A model generated the notes under the pieces. It was not told the DNA's origin and searched no databases. It was given only the letters and a program-made list of their open reading frames with translations. A DNA stretch of 64,000 bases from Macrostomum lignano (lineage: Eukaryota): contig NIVC01000578.1 of assembly GCA_002269645.1 (NCBI GenBank), forward strand, positions 200,549 through 264,548, written 5' to 3'. Position 1 is the stretch's first letter; each line of letters opens with the position of its first letter. A program made the position numbers and the translations under genes. Below are positions 31,947 through 43,400 of this stretch, piece after piece.

Positions 31947-32777
31947 ATGTGGGCTATGACCTATGATAGCGACACTGAGTCTGAAGTTTTCGACCTCCCG
32001 CTGCTGACTATCGGAGGGGTTGTGAACGGTGCCCCTGCTGCTGCCGCCTCTGATTTGACCGCTGCATCTGCCGCCCTCTTTGAGGTCTCTGTTGATGAGC
32101 TGACCACTGCTGCGACCGTCTCTGCCTCTGCTGCCTCCACTGTTGTCTCGTCTGCTGCCGTCTCTGCCTCTGCTGCCTCCACTGTTGTCTCGTCTGCTGC
32201 CGTCTCTGCCTCTGCTGTCTCCACTGTTGTCTCGTCTGCTGCCGTCTCTGCCTCTGCTGCCTCCACTGTTGTCTCGTCTGCTGCCGTCTCTGCCTCTGCT
32301 GCCTCCACTGTTGTCTCGTCTGCTGCCGTCTCTGCCTCTGCTGCCTCCACTGTTGTCTCGTCTGCTGCCGTCTCTGCCTCTGCTGCCTCCACTGTTGTCT
32401 CGTCTGCTGCCGTCTCTGCCTCTGCTGCCTCCACTGTTGTCTCGTCTGCTGCCGTCTCTGCCTCTGCTGCGCCCGTCTCTGCCTCTCGCCTGGCCTCAAT
32501 ATCATCAGCCGCTTCGCTCCTTCTCTTTGACGATGAGGACGAGGATATGTCCGGGGAGATCGCCATGGTTCGTGAGCGCCTTCCCCGCATTGTGGCCTCA
32601 TTTTTCCGCGGGGACATTGACTGGCTGAGGTCTCGCCACCCCGGCGGCCTGCCCTCCCAAGACACCTTTGTCAGAGCCTTTAATCGGGTTCTCGATACCT
32701 TGGTGTCGAAGGGGGCTGGTCTACGGGAGGTGTTGGAGGCGGAGACGTTACACCAGGATTGGTTAAATGGGGCGTAA
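31947..32777 (+). CDS. Unknown ORF with an internal 42-bp (14-aa SAAVSASAASTVVS) repeat
   Basis: Open frame across ~8 repeat units (32120-32470), with non-repetitive N- and C-terminal parts. The C-terminus looks helical. The stop overlaps the start of the next ORF. Confidence 0.4.
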   Translation: MWAMTYDSDTESEVFDLPLLTIGGVVNGAPAAAASDLTAASAALFEVSVDELTTAATVSASAASTVVSSAAVSASAASTVVSSAAVSASAVSTVVSSAAVSASAASTVVSSAAVSASAASTVVSSAAVSASAASTVVSSAAVSASAASTVVSSAAVSASAASTVVSSAAVSASAAPVSASRLASISSAASLLLFDDEDEDMSGEIAMVRERLPRIVASFFRGDIDWLRSRHPGGLPSQDTFVRAFNRVLDTLVSKGAGLREVLEAETLHQDWLNGA

Positions 32778-33274
32778 TTCGTATGCCTCTGACTCGGAGG
32801 CGTACCTGGCAGGTCCGGGAGCGCGCCCGACTGCGTGGGATGAGCCTGCTGCAGCTATCTGGCCCTCCAACTGGGAGGAGCACCTCTCGCTGGTGCGCTA
32901 TACGGCGTCTCTACGCCTGTGGCGGCTGGGGGATCTAGATTTGGTAAGATATTACGCGGCATTTACATTTCATGTAATCATATACAAGGCTTATATTCTT
33001 TCTACATTGAATTTTTTAATTTTCACATTGACAGTCGGCTGACTACTGCTTCGAGAGCGCTGAGGAGGAGGCCGCGTATGAGACAGCCCTGAGGGAGCGG
33101 ATGGAGGTTGACTCAAAAGGGGATTTCTCTTTATACTCTATTACTCTCTGCCTGCACTGTACTTGGGCCTCGCAACACACTGGGGATCCCTCAACTTGGA
33201 TTCTACTTGGAGAGTTACCCTCTGGGGATCCACTAAAACCCCCATTTGGGGGCTTGGGGTGGGAGCTGCGGTAA
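32767..33274 (+). CDS. Unknown spliced ORF
   Basis: Exon 32767-32943, AT-rich GTAAG...ACAG phase-0 intron 32944-33034, and an in-frame exon from 33035 (SADYCFESAEEEAAYETALRERME...) to TAA at 33272-33274. The 3' part runs into subterminal repeats. Confidence 0.35.
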
Positions 33275-33853
33275 AGTTTGACTGGAATTCTGTATGTGGT
33301 CTGTTACTCTACCTCCACTGTACATTGGGGCGGGATCCCTTGAATAAAAACATGGGGAGGAATGGAATTTCTCTATGTTACTCCTCTCTGCCCGCACTGT
33401 ACTAGGTGAGGGGTCATTGGGGCGGGGGATCAAAAACTCCCATTTGACACTTCAACCCTTTGACACTTCAATTTGACACTTGTGTGTTTTTTGCTGCCCA
33501 TATGCTTATGACTGTACACCTATATGTTTCGTAATATGCATTATGCACCGATATTTACACATACTGATACGTTTTATCTACTTTTTAAATAAATATACGC
33601 AATTTCACCTACTATAAGTAGTTTTCACTAGCCTAATTTTGTGTTAATATCGTTTACTACATATCGATGTACACCCATATCGGGAGAGTGTACACACATA
33701 TCGGAAGAGTGTACACTCGTATCGGGAGAGTGTACCTTTGGCTCGGGAGGGTGTACCTTTGGGGCGCCTGCAGCATGCATATCGGGAGGGTCGCCTGCGG
33801 CATACATGTCGGGGTACATATCGGGAGGGTGTACATATCGGGGTACATACATA

Positions 33854-34440
33854 GGTACCGACGACCTGAAGAGACGACGAGGACTGGCCTGGGCCGCATT
33901 TTGATCTGTGCGCTCCGTGCTCCAATCTGAGGCCCTGGACGACGGGCTCAAGGCTCGGCTGTTTCAGACAGTCGTCGAGACTGTCCTGTTGTACAACGCC
34001 GAGACTTGGACCCTGACGGACGCCTTGGAGAGGCAGCTGGACGCTGCGCATGCGGCAATGCTGCGTGCGGCTTTCGGAGTGCGCAGCGGCCCAGGCAGCG
34101 AGACCAATGCCGCGCTCTACACTAGGGCGCGCCTGACGCGGCCTTCTGACCTGCTGCGCGGGCGGCGACTTCAACTGGCTGGCCATGTCATCCGGTCGGA
34201 GGCCCGCTGTCCTGAGCCGCTACACGACGTGCTGCTGCTCAAGCTGCAGGGACCGCGGAGGCGAGGCCAAGGGCGAACGGTGCGATACCCTGACCGACTT
34301 CTGAGTGACGCTGGCGCCCCGGACCAAGCAGGGGGATGCGACTTCCTGAAGGCAATGGCCCACAGACGCGCTTTCTGACTGCTCCCCCTTTCTGGCTACT
34401 GCGTGGGCGGCGGGAGCAGTACCTTGTTGTTGTTGTTGTT
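33854..34440 (+). mobile_element. 5'-truncated RTE-like LINE fragment inserted in the right TIR
   Basis: RRRGLAWAAF*SVRSVL..LLYNAETWTL..LQLAGHVIR, (GTT)n tail 34425-34440, near-perfect 7-bp TSD ATACATA/ATATATA. Confidence 0.9.
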
Positions 34441-34980
34441 ATATATATCGGAGGGTCGCCTGCGGCTCGGGAGGGTGTACATATCGGGAGGGTGCGCCTG
34501 TGGCATGGGCGCCTAGATGGCGCTTGGCGCGGCGCGCACGCCAGCCAATGAGAGGCGAGGAGGGTTGACACCCACCCACCTCCAAAAGGGACCTTACGGG
34601 GTCATTTAGTAGTACGAGCTAAGTAATGTGCTAAGATTTTCATAAAACTAATTATATTGTGCGTATTACCTGCTTAGCCTAGTATTGATACAAGTATTGT
34701 AGTTAGCAGGGACGCAGTGGGAGGATTTTGATTTGGTGGATTTTCATAAATTGCTCATTGTTAGGCTTTTTCACTGGATGCACAAAAGGATAAAAAATAA
34801 ATTAATGTTTTTATATTAATTGAATTGCATTTATCTGCATTTGAAGCGGCATTTGCAAGGGCCCCAAATATATTGTGATGAGAAAAGGGAACAAGGGATC
34901 AGGTGGGAGCAGACGCGAGGGGAGCAATAGTGAAGCTCATCAGAGATGCGGTGCGGCTCTTCGCTGAATCAATAATAACA

Positions 34981-35231
34981 GGCGGGCCCAAGGTGGCCGG
35001 GGGCAGTGACCCCCCACGAAAATATATTGCAGCATGGTAACAATGTACCACCTCCAAGGTAGGAGTAAATAGCTTGCTAATGCCGCCCCTCTCTCTATCG
35101 CTATAAGGCGCACTTTCCCGTGTCCCTTTGCTAGTGCTATATAGTTACAGCCTTGGCGCCCCCTTAGCACTGGATGGCGCCCTTGCAAACATCGCCCCCC
35201 CAAAAAAAAACCCAAAAATCCTGGGCCCGCC
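34981..35231. mobile_element. Possible short MITE
   Basis: GGCGGGCCCA at 34981 and TGGGCCCGCC ending at 35231. No TSD established. Confidence 0.3.
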
Positions 35232-35814
35232 ATTAATCAGTAATAGCCTCGAAGTGCATATTTAAACAAATCCGTACCTTCTTTCAGTCGGCAGCTTCCT
35301 GAATTCATTCTTGGTGTGCTGCCGGGTGTTTACCGGGAAAACTAAAGCTGATGTGTGCAGCAGTTTCTGTGCTGTGGTGTATTGGGGTAAAAAAAGGGAA
35401 TCGAAGACACGAAGGAGCACTGCTGTCACTACTTATAATTGAATAATGGATCAGTGATAAAAATTGAGTCATTTATTACAGATCGTTGGGATTTTAGTGC
35501 CTGGTTTGCAGTCATTGAAAGAAATTGTTTTTTGTTTTGTTGTGCTGTAAGACTTTTTAAGAATTGAACTGTCAAACTGCAGCCATCAATCAAGAAGTCC
35601 CAGTCTCCGCCCATACAAAATGCCACCTCACTCACCGGGAATCCGCCATCACCGCTGCTATTCCGCATCGGAGACGTCGCCGACAATCAATGGGAGCTGT
35701 CTGCAGGCCATCTGCATCCGGTACTCTTCGAGTCTTGTCTGCGAACTTCGAATTGCAGCCGCAGGAAATCCTCGCAAGCCGCTTTTATCCGCTTCTCCTT
35801 CAGCAGGCGCCGCG

Positions 35815-36412
35815 CCTCCTGCTCCTGCTTCTGCTTCTGCTCCTGCTTCTGCTTCTGCTTCTGCTCCTGCTTCTGCTTCTGCTCCTGCTTCTGCTTCTGC
35901 TCCTGCTTCTGCACCTGCTTCTACTTCTGCACCTGCTCCTGCTTCTGCTCCTGCTTCTTCTCCTGCTTCTGCTCCTGCTTCTTCTCCTGCTTCTGCTCCT
36001 GCTTCTACTTCTGCTTCCTGCTCCTGCACCTGCTTCTGCTCCTGCACCTGCTCCTGCTTCTGCTCCTGCTTCTTCTCCTGCTTCTACTTCTGCTTCTGCT
36101 CCTGCTCCTGCACCTGCTTCCTGCTCCTGCACCTGCTTCTGCTCCTGCACCTGCTCCTGCACCTGCTCCTGCTTCTTCTCCTGCTTCTACTTCTGCTTCT
36201 GCTCCTGCTCCTGCACCTGCTTCCTGCTCCTGCACCTGCTTCTGCTCCTGCACCTGCTCCTGCTTCTGCACCTGCTCCTGCTTCCTGCTCCTGCTTCTGC
36301 TCCTGCTCCTGCACCTGCTTCCTGCTCCTGCACCTGCTTCTGCTCCTGCACCAGCTCCTGCTTCTGCTCCTGCTTCTTCTCCTGCTTCTGCTCCTGCTTC
36401 TGCTCCTGCTCC
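35815..36412. repeat. Degenerate (CTGCTC/CTGCTT/CTGCAC)n low-complexity array
   Basis: Read directly. The poly-L, PASA and SR ORFs are artefacts. Confidence 0.95.
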
Positions 36413-37990
36413 GCACGGTACCACCTGATCGACTGATCACCGCTCTTAAACCCTTCGCAATGTTTGCAAGTGTTGCGTCATGTTACAACAGTAACTACTA
36501 TTGTTGTGGCACGGTTGATAGAACTACAGATTTTTCGAGGACAGTTATTTGCCGTCAGGTATGGAAGCCCAGAAGGAAGCTCAGCGCAAATATTTCACTG
36601 AGCGGCTTAAGGGCATTCAGGGAGGGCGACTCCATGACGCAGCCCCAGCCGCTTGCATCCCTGCAAGTCAGGTTTGATTTCGGGGTCATGCACAGCACAG
36701 AAGTGCTGCTGGGGACCCTCTTTGATATGCAACTCTTTTTGTAGCTCCGTGGGCCACCATAGGCGAAATAGGTATAGGCAACACTTGTGAAAATAAAATA
36801 TACGATCATACTGCGAACACAAAAAGTTTGCAGTCAAATGAAAGGGAATTTTTAGCTTTCCAATGACTTTAAGCTTGTTCGATTTTAGGCATGCATTATA
36901 AAATCTATAGCCAAAATATCGCTACTTTTTGGTTGCACCTCGTATTTCAGTTTTTCATACCAAAATTTTATACCAAAACAGCCAAAAAACAGTATTTTAC
37001 GAGCGCAAGTCTATGATTCATCGGCTGCTCATGCGTGAAAACTTGCCGTGAAAGCGCAGCGCAGTCTTCTGTGGCATGCAAGCGAATGCAGACGCTGAGC
37101 TGCCTCCTATACTGCCAATCCCAGCCTCACGCCGAGCTTAACGCTTGGAGACTCGTTTTTCCAGAGCTGTGAGTTGAAAATGCATCAACCATGCGACAGC
37201 AGCCACAACAGCTCAACTCTGCCTATCCCATCTGAGACTTTGAGCGGCAGTTTGCCACCCAAAACAGTCTGAAAATGTACCTCGCAAGCCCTCTGCTGAT
37301 GCTGCTGAGTTCGGCTTTGTCGGCTGCTACAGGGACAACACAGATGATGCCAGGGACCTCGACGGACTGACCGGCATGTCCTCCATCGGGCCCTACGCGG
37401 TGAACACAGTTGAAAGAGGCGTGAACAGGGCCGACATGACACTGCAGCTGTGCAGCCAGATCTGCGAGCTGGGCAACTTCAATTACTTCGGCACGCAGTA
37501 CAGCAGCGAGTGCTTCTGCGGAAACTCGTACGGCAGTCAGGGCGGTGCTCCCGCAAGCGACTGCAACATGAACTGCGCTGGCAACGCTGGCCAGATCTGC
37601 GGCTCGGGAAACCGAAATTCGGTTTACCAGCAGATTAACCACCGTCCCAGTGAGCTTTCTTGGCTTTGTTTTCAATTTTTAACAAGGGGGTGCTTCAAAA
37701 GTAATGAGCCCCCCGATTAGAAAACGCCCTTCCGCAGCAGATATAAAAAGCAAACTTATCCATATGGCAGCTGAACATCAAACTGTCACGCATGCTACGC
37801 GAAACTTAAGAAATGGTAACGTAGCCTCCGCCGCACACAACAACTCGGTCAAATTGGGGGATCAGCTTGTCAAGTTCCTCCTCCCTAGCTCATTTCAGTA
37901 GCTCGATAAATAAAATTATTGCCGACAACTTCAAAAAAAGAATGAAAAGCACTTCAGCACGCTCCTTTCATTAAATTCGATAGAGAGCGT

Positions 37991-38195
37991 AAGTATGAGA
38001 TAACCCCCCCCCCAGATTTGTTTCTATGGCGTATAGAATGGCTGAGGATGCGTTTCTAGGCCGAGGCGTTTGTGGCCTACCTGTAATTAGGCATAATGAT
38101 AGATTATTCAGACTCAGAGGTAAGGCTTCGCCTCGGCCTAGAAACGCATCCTCAGCCATTCTATACGCCATAGAAACAAATCTGGGGGGGGTTAT
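37991..38195. repeat. Palindrome with ~70-bp arms and a ~60-bp spacer
   Basis: GATAACCCC..CAGATTTGTTTCTATGGCGTATAGAATGGCTGAGGATGCGTTTCTAGGCCGAGGCG and its reverse complement at 38128-38195. Confidence 0.9.
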
Positions 38196-38968
38196 CTTTT
38201 ACTTGAACCTAAGTGTGGCTCAGCCAGGTGATCCCAAATCTCAGGGGGGTGTTATCTTATACTTGAACCTAAGTGTGGCTCAGCCAGGTGATCCCAAATC
38301 TCAGGGGGGTGTTATCTTATACTTGAACCTAAGTGTGGCTCAGCCAGGTGATCCCAAATCTCAGTGGGGGGTGTTATCTTATACTTGAACCTAAGTGTGG
38401 CTCAGCCAGGTGATCCCAAATCTCAGTGGGGGGTGTTATCTTATACTTGAACCTAAGTGTGGCTCAGCCAGGTGATCCCAAATCTCAGGGGGGGGGGTGT
38501 TATCTTATACTTGAACCTAAGTGTGGCTCAGCCAGGTGATCCCAAACTCAGGGGGGGTGTTATCTTATACTTGAACCTAAGTGTGGCTCAGCCAGGTGAT
38601 CCCAAATCTCAGGGGGGGGGGTGTTATCTTATACTTGAACCTAAGTGTGGCTCAGCCAGGTGATCCCAAACTCAGGGGGGTGTTAGCTTATACTTGAACC
38701 TAAGTGTGGCTCAGCCAGGTGATCCCAAATCTCAGGGGGGGGGGTTATCTTATACTTGAACCTAAGTGTGGCTCAGCCAGGTGATCCCAAATCTCAGGGG
38801 GGTATCTTATACTTGAACCTAAGTGTGGCTCAGCCAGGTGATCCCAAATCTCAGGGGGGTGTTATCTAATACTTGAACCTAAGTGTGGCTCAGCCAGGTG
38901 ATCCCAAATCTCAGGGGGGTATCTTATACTTGAACCTAAGTGTAGCTCAGCCAGGTGATCCCAACTCT
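38185..38968. repeat. ~60-bp tandem repeat, ~13 copies
   Basis: Unit TTATCTTATACTTGAACCTAAGTGTGGCTCAGCCAGGTGATCCCAAATCTCA(G)nT, with a variable G run. Confidence 0.95.
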
Positions 38969-40453
38969 CACGCAGCTCTGAGCAAATCTACTGGACTTTC
39001 TGATGCAAACAGAAAATGAGTCACAATTGGCGCGCTCCAGTAAAAATAACGGACGATTCCAGACACTGATAGAAGCGGACGCTCAGCGAGAGATTGAGGA
39101 GAGCTCGCCGTCGACAACAACAAGGAAGGCAGAATGGGCAATCCAAATCTAAATCTACCAAATACAATTTACCATGGGGGGCTATTTACTTTTCAAACAC
39201 GGCATTATTAATCGACTAACATTCCATTGTTTAGTGAATGCTAAGTATTTATAACCCAGCTCTCGGACTATCCATAGCAATGCTCACTCTAGCTCTGGTG
39301 CTTGGCTGAGTTCAGATGCGCTACGTTTTGCTCATTGCAGTCGGCAACAAGTTCGTCACAGCTCCCCGCGTCCACATGAACGCCACCTCCTCCGGCGGGC
39401 CGTTCTACCGCACTGTGCAGCCAACTAAAAGCCCCATTCAGTGCCTGTCGCTTTGCCGGTCCAGCTGCCAGGCTGTCCTGTTCCACCTGGGCACCTGCTA
39501 CCTGCTGAAACTGCCGGCTCTGCCGCAGCAGCTGGTCGGCATTCAGGGCGGGAAGTTCTTTGTCCGTGGCTAAGAAGACCTGAAAGTACATTCGTGCCAT
39601 GGTGAAAACTTGAGTCGAGTCGAACTCGCAAAATGATGACCCCGAACCGAATTCTAAGTTCTCATTCACTGTCTCTTCCTAGCTACCCTCTCTTCAACAA
39701 CAGGAGACGTTTGAGAAGCTAAAAAGTCAGCAGTTTAGCCTTGTTGCCATGTTCCTTAGGACATAAACCTGAAGAAAAGGATAAAATAATTGGGTCACTG
39801 CGCAACCCACACTACAGGTACAATTTGTTCATTTTGTGTTTATTTCATTGCTGTAATAAATAGTCAAAGAGTTCGAGCTGACTACTACAAGTAGAAGCCG
39901 GAGTACAAGCGTATATAATAATTGAAAAAGAGTTGCTATTAAAAAGACGAACAAAGGAAAACAGCCGAACCCGAGCGAGACTAGCAACCAGAGCAGAAGA
40001 AAATTGTTCGAGCACTGCTGTCTCATCACCCTACCACAAAATAGATGTCATGCGCATAAAAGAAGATAAAAATGAGACACAAAAGTTTGTTTCAAATGAT
40101 AAAAAGGTGCACAGAAGTCGGAGAGGTTCGGGTGTCTTACAATTACAACCAGCCTGATTTGTTCCTCGAGAATTGAAAGATGCGCATAGGAATTCCGAGG
40201 GGGTATTTCGCTACGGGGGTATTTTTAAAGGGGAATCAAGGAGGCGGAAAAGAACAAAACGACCATATTGCCCATCCGGTTTGCTTGTAACGCAGACAAA
40301 AATAGGGAAGAAAATTGGCAACTCCCTACTGACAGTAGGCTAGTAGTAACGCTGGCATTGAACGCTGGTTTGTCAATCTAAAAAGTGATTATTTGTCATG
40401 GACAAAAGAATCGCAGAGTCAGAAGGAAGTCCTTGATTTGGTTCGCGAGCGGC

Positions 40454-43400
40454 TTATTTGACCAGCCCGTCAATAACACCGGAAATTATTTCCACGCATT
40501 TGTTAATCTGCGCCTCGTTGATGACCAGCGGCGGCGCCAGGCGGATGATGTCGCCGTGGGTTGGCTTGGCCAGCAGGCCGGCCTCCGCCAGCTTCAGGCA
40601 CACCTCCCAGGCATCGAACTCTGAGATTAAGGGGGGGAATCCAGGCTTGAGCAGGTGAGATTCGGCCTTTCTGGCTTCGAGTAGTACTAAACAAGGGGTC
40701 GGGGATACAGAAGGGAGATAAGATGCGAGGTGAGAGGGAGATAAGAGAGGGGAGACGATAGGGGAGACAAAAAAGGGGAGATGAGAGGGGGGAGACAGGA
40801 GAGGGGAGATGAGAGAGGGGAGATGAGAGGGCAGATGAGAGAGGGAGAAAAGAGAGGGGAGATGAGAGGGGAGACAAGAGAGGGGAGATGAGAGGGGAGA
40901 CAAGAGAGGGGAGATGAGAGGGGGGAGACAGGAGAGGGGAGATGAGAGAGGGGAGATGAGAGGGCAGATGAGAGAGGGAGAAAAGAGAGGGGAGATGAAA
41001 GGGGAGACAAGAGAGGGGAGATGAGAGGGGAGACAAAAAAGGGGAGATGAGAGGGGGGAGACAGGAGAGGGGAGATGAGAGAGGGGAGATGAGAGGGCAG
41101 ATGAGAGAGGGAGAAAAGAGAGGGGAGATGAGAGGGGAGACAAGAGAGGGAGATGAGAGGGGAGACAAGAGAGGGGAGATGAGAGGGGAGACAAGAGAGG
41201 GGAGATGACAGAGGGGAGACAAGAGAGAGGAGATAAGAGAGGGGAGACAAGAGAGGGGAGACAAGAGAGGTGAGATGACAGGGGGGAGATGACAGAGGGG
41301 AGACAAGAGAGAGGAGATAAGAGAGGGGAGATGAGAGGGGAGAAAAGAGAGGGAGATGAGAGGGGAGACAAGAGAGGGGAGATGAGAGGGGAGACAAGAG
41401 AGGGGAGATGACAGAGGGGAGACAAGAGAGAGGAGATAAGAGAGGGGAGACAAGAGAGGGGAGACAAGAGAGGTGAGATGACAGGGGGGAGATGACAGAG
41501 GGGAGACAAGAGAGAGGAGATAAGAGAGGGGAGATGAGAGGGGAGAAAAGAGAGGGGAGATGACAGAGGGGAGACAAGAGAGAGGAGATAAGAGAGGGGA
41601 GACAAGAGAGGGGAGACAAGAGAGGTGAGATGACAGGGGGGAGATGACAGAGGGGAGACAAGAGAGAGGAGATAAGAGAGGGGAGACAAGAGAGGGGAGA
41701 CAAGAGAGGTGAGATGACAGGGGGGAGATGACAGAGGGGAGACAAGAGAGAGGAGATAAGAGAGGGGAGACAAGAGAGGGGAGACAAGAGAGGGGAGACA
41801 AGAGAGGGGAGATGAGAGGGGAGACAAGAGAGGGGAGATGAGAGGGGAGACAAGAGAGGGGAGATGACAGAGGGGAGACAAGAGAGAGGAGATAAGAGAG
41901 GGGAGACAAGAGAGGGGAGACAAGAGAGGTGAGATGACAGGGGGGAGATGACAGAGGGGAGACAAGAGAGAGGAGATAAGAGAGGGGAGATGAGAGGGGA
42001 GAAAAGAGAGGGGAGATGACAGAGGGGAGACAAGAGAGAGGAGATAAGAGAGGGGAGACAAGAGAGGGGAGACAAGAGAGGTGAGATGACAGGGGGGAGA
42101 TGACAGAGGGGAGACAAGAGAGAGGAGATAAGAGAGGGGAGACAAGAGAGGGGAGACAAGAGAGGTGAGATGACAGGGGGGAGATGACAGAGGGGAGACA
42201 AGAGAGAGGAGATAAGAGAGGGGAGACAAGAGAGGGGAGACAAGAGAGGGGAGACAAGAGAGGGGAGATGAGAGGGCAGATAACAAACGGTGCAAACTGC
42301 AAGTGAGCTTCAACAGGGCCAGCAGCCAGACAAAGGCGGGGGTGTGGGCTCCGCTTCCGAGAATCACGCGCCCCCCGCGTGCTCAGGTGAGAGGAGGCTC
42401 GGAAGTCCCAGGAGCCTCAGCACAGGCTGCAGCTTGCAGAGCCCCCCCCCATCCTGCTCACCCACTGAGAGGCCGCCAACATATTTATGAAACAGCAACG
42501 CTAAAGTCCTTTCAAGCTGTGCCCTCATATGGCCCTAGCTATATTTATCGTTAGGCACTGTGCCTTGGGGGTTGGCCCTCAAGGGCGTTCATTGCACGAG
42601 CAGAGCCAAGCCGAGATTCCGATTTAGCCCCAAATTAACGTTGACTGCACTTGGAATCGAGCCTGGGCCGCTGGCACATCAGAGCGCCGCGCCAGACCAC
42701 TGGGCTGCGGCCCCCAGCCCTAGCCCTAAACTCCCTAGCATGGGGAACAGAACAGATATCAAGAAGCGCCGGGAGCCTCACCCTGACTGATCACGATAGC
42801 ATTCAGCAGGCCCTTGCCGCGCACGGTCTTCACCACCTTGCCGGACAGCCGGGACAGCTCCTTCCTGAGCAGCGCGCCCTGCCGGTCCGCGTTCTCCGCC
42901 AGGCCCTCCTCCTCCAGCACCTGCAGTGCCGCCATGCCGACCCGGCAAGCCATGGGGTTGCCGCCGTAGGTGGAGCCGTGCTCGCCGGGCCCGACCGTCA
43001 GCATCACCTCGTCATCGCCCAGCAGGGCGGACACCGGGTACAGTCCACCGGACAGCGCCTTGCCCAGGCACACCAGATCCGGCCGCACCTGTCCGAGGGG
43101 TGGGTTTGAGGATTTATCTAAGATTTTTGGGTATTTTTAATGGCTAAGTGTCCGACTATTGAAGTATTAATTATAGCCTAGTGTCCCAGTTTTTTTTAAT
43201 TACCGTGTCCGAGCTTTGGGATTTAAGATGACCGAGTGTCCGAGATTTGAATTTAGAATGTCTAGAGTGTCCGAGTTTGGGATTTATAATGACCACCGAG
43301 TGTCCGAGTTTTGGGATTTATAATGACCACCGAGTGTCCGAGTTTTGGGATTTATAATGACCACCGAGTGTCCGAGTTTTGGGATTTATAATGACCACCG

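Larger units (their letters stand above)
21870..34505. mobile_element. Unclassified non-autonomous element with ~450-bp terminal inverted repeats (~3.8 kb after removing the nested CACTA and RTE)
   Basis: Left arm 21870-22271 + 30502-30553 is the reverse complement of right arm 33480-33853 + 34448-34505. The arms contain (CTCCCGATATGTACAC)-type internal repeats. No transposase in the core 30554-33479. Confidence 0.75.
37275..39573 (+). pseudogene. WSC-PAN copy 3, frameshifted in the signal peptide, with an expanded intron
   Basis: ATG at 37275. A 25-nt deletion between two GCTGCTG repeats relative to copy 1. Exon 1 to 37649, exon 2 39341-39573. The 1.7-kb intron holds a palindrome and a 60-bp array. 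Confidence 0.8.

Noticed and set aside
21795-34505. Endogenous parvovirus/densovirus or full Polinton interpretation of the long-TIR element
   Set aside because: No NS1 HUH/SF3 helicase, capsid, pPolB, integrase or ATPase motifs, and no AG termini with a 6-bp TSD. The terminal palindrome has a non-palindromic 268-nt interior. It is kept only as an unclassified element.
35564-36744. Long poly-Leu, PASA and Ser/Arg ORFs
   Set aside because: They derive from the CTG-based low-complexity array. The unique tail 36545-36750 has no recognisable motif.
40454-42367. 637-aa and other Leu/Ser/Pro-rich ORFs
   Set aside because: Read-through of the purine array in OAT intron 4. Only 40454-40620 is true coding sequence.
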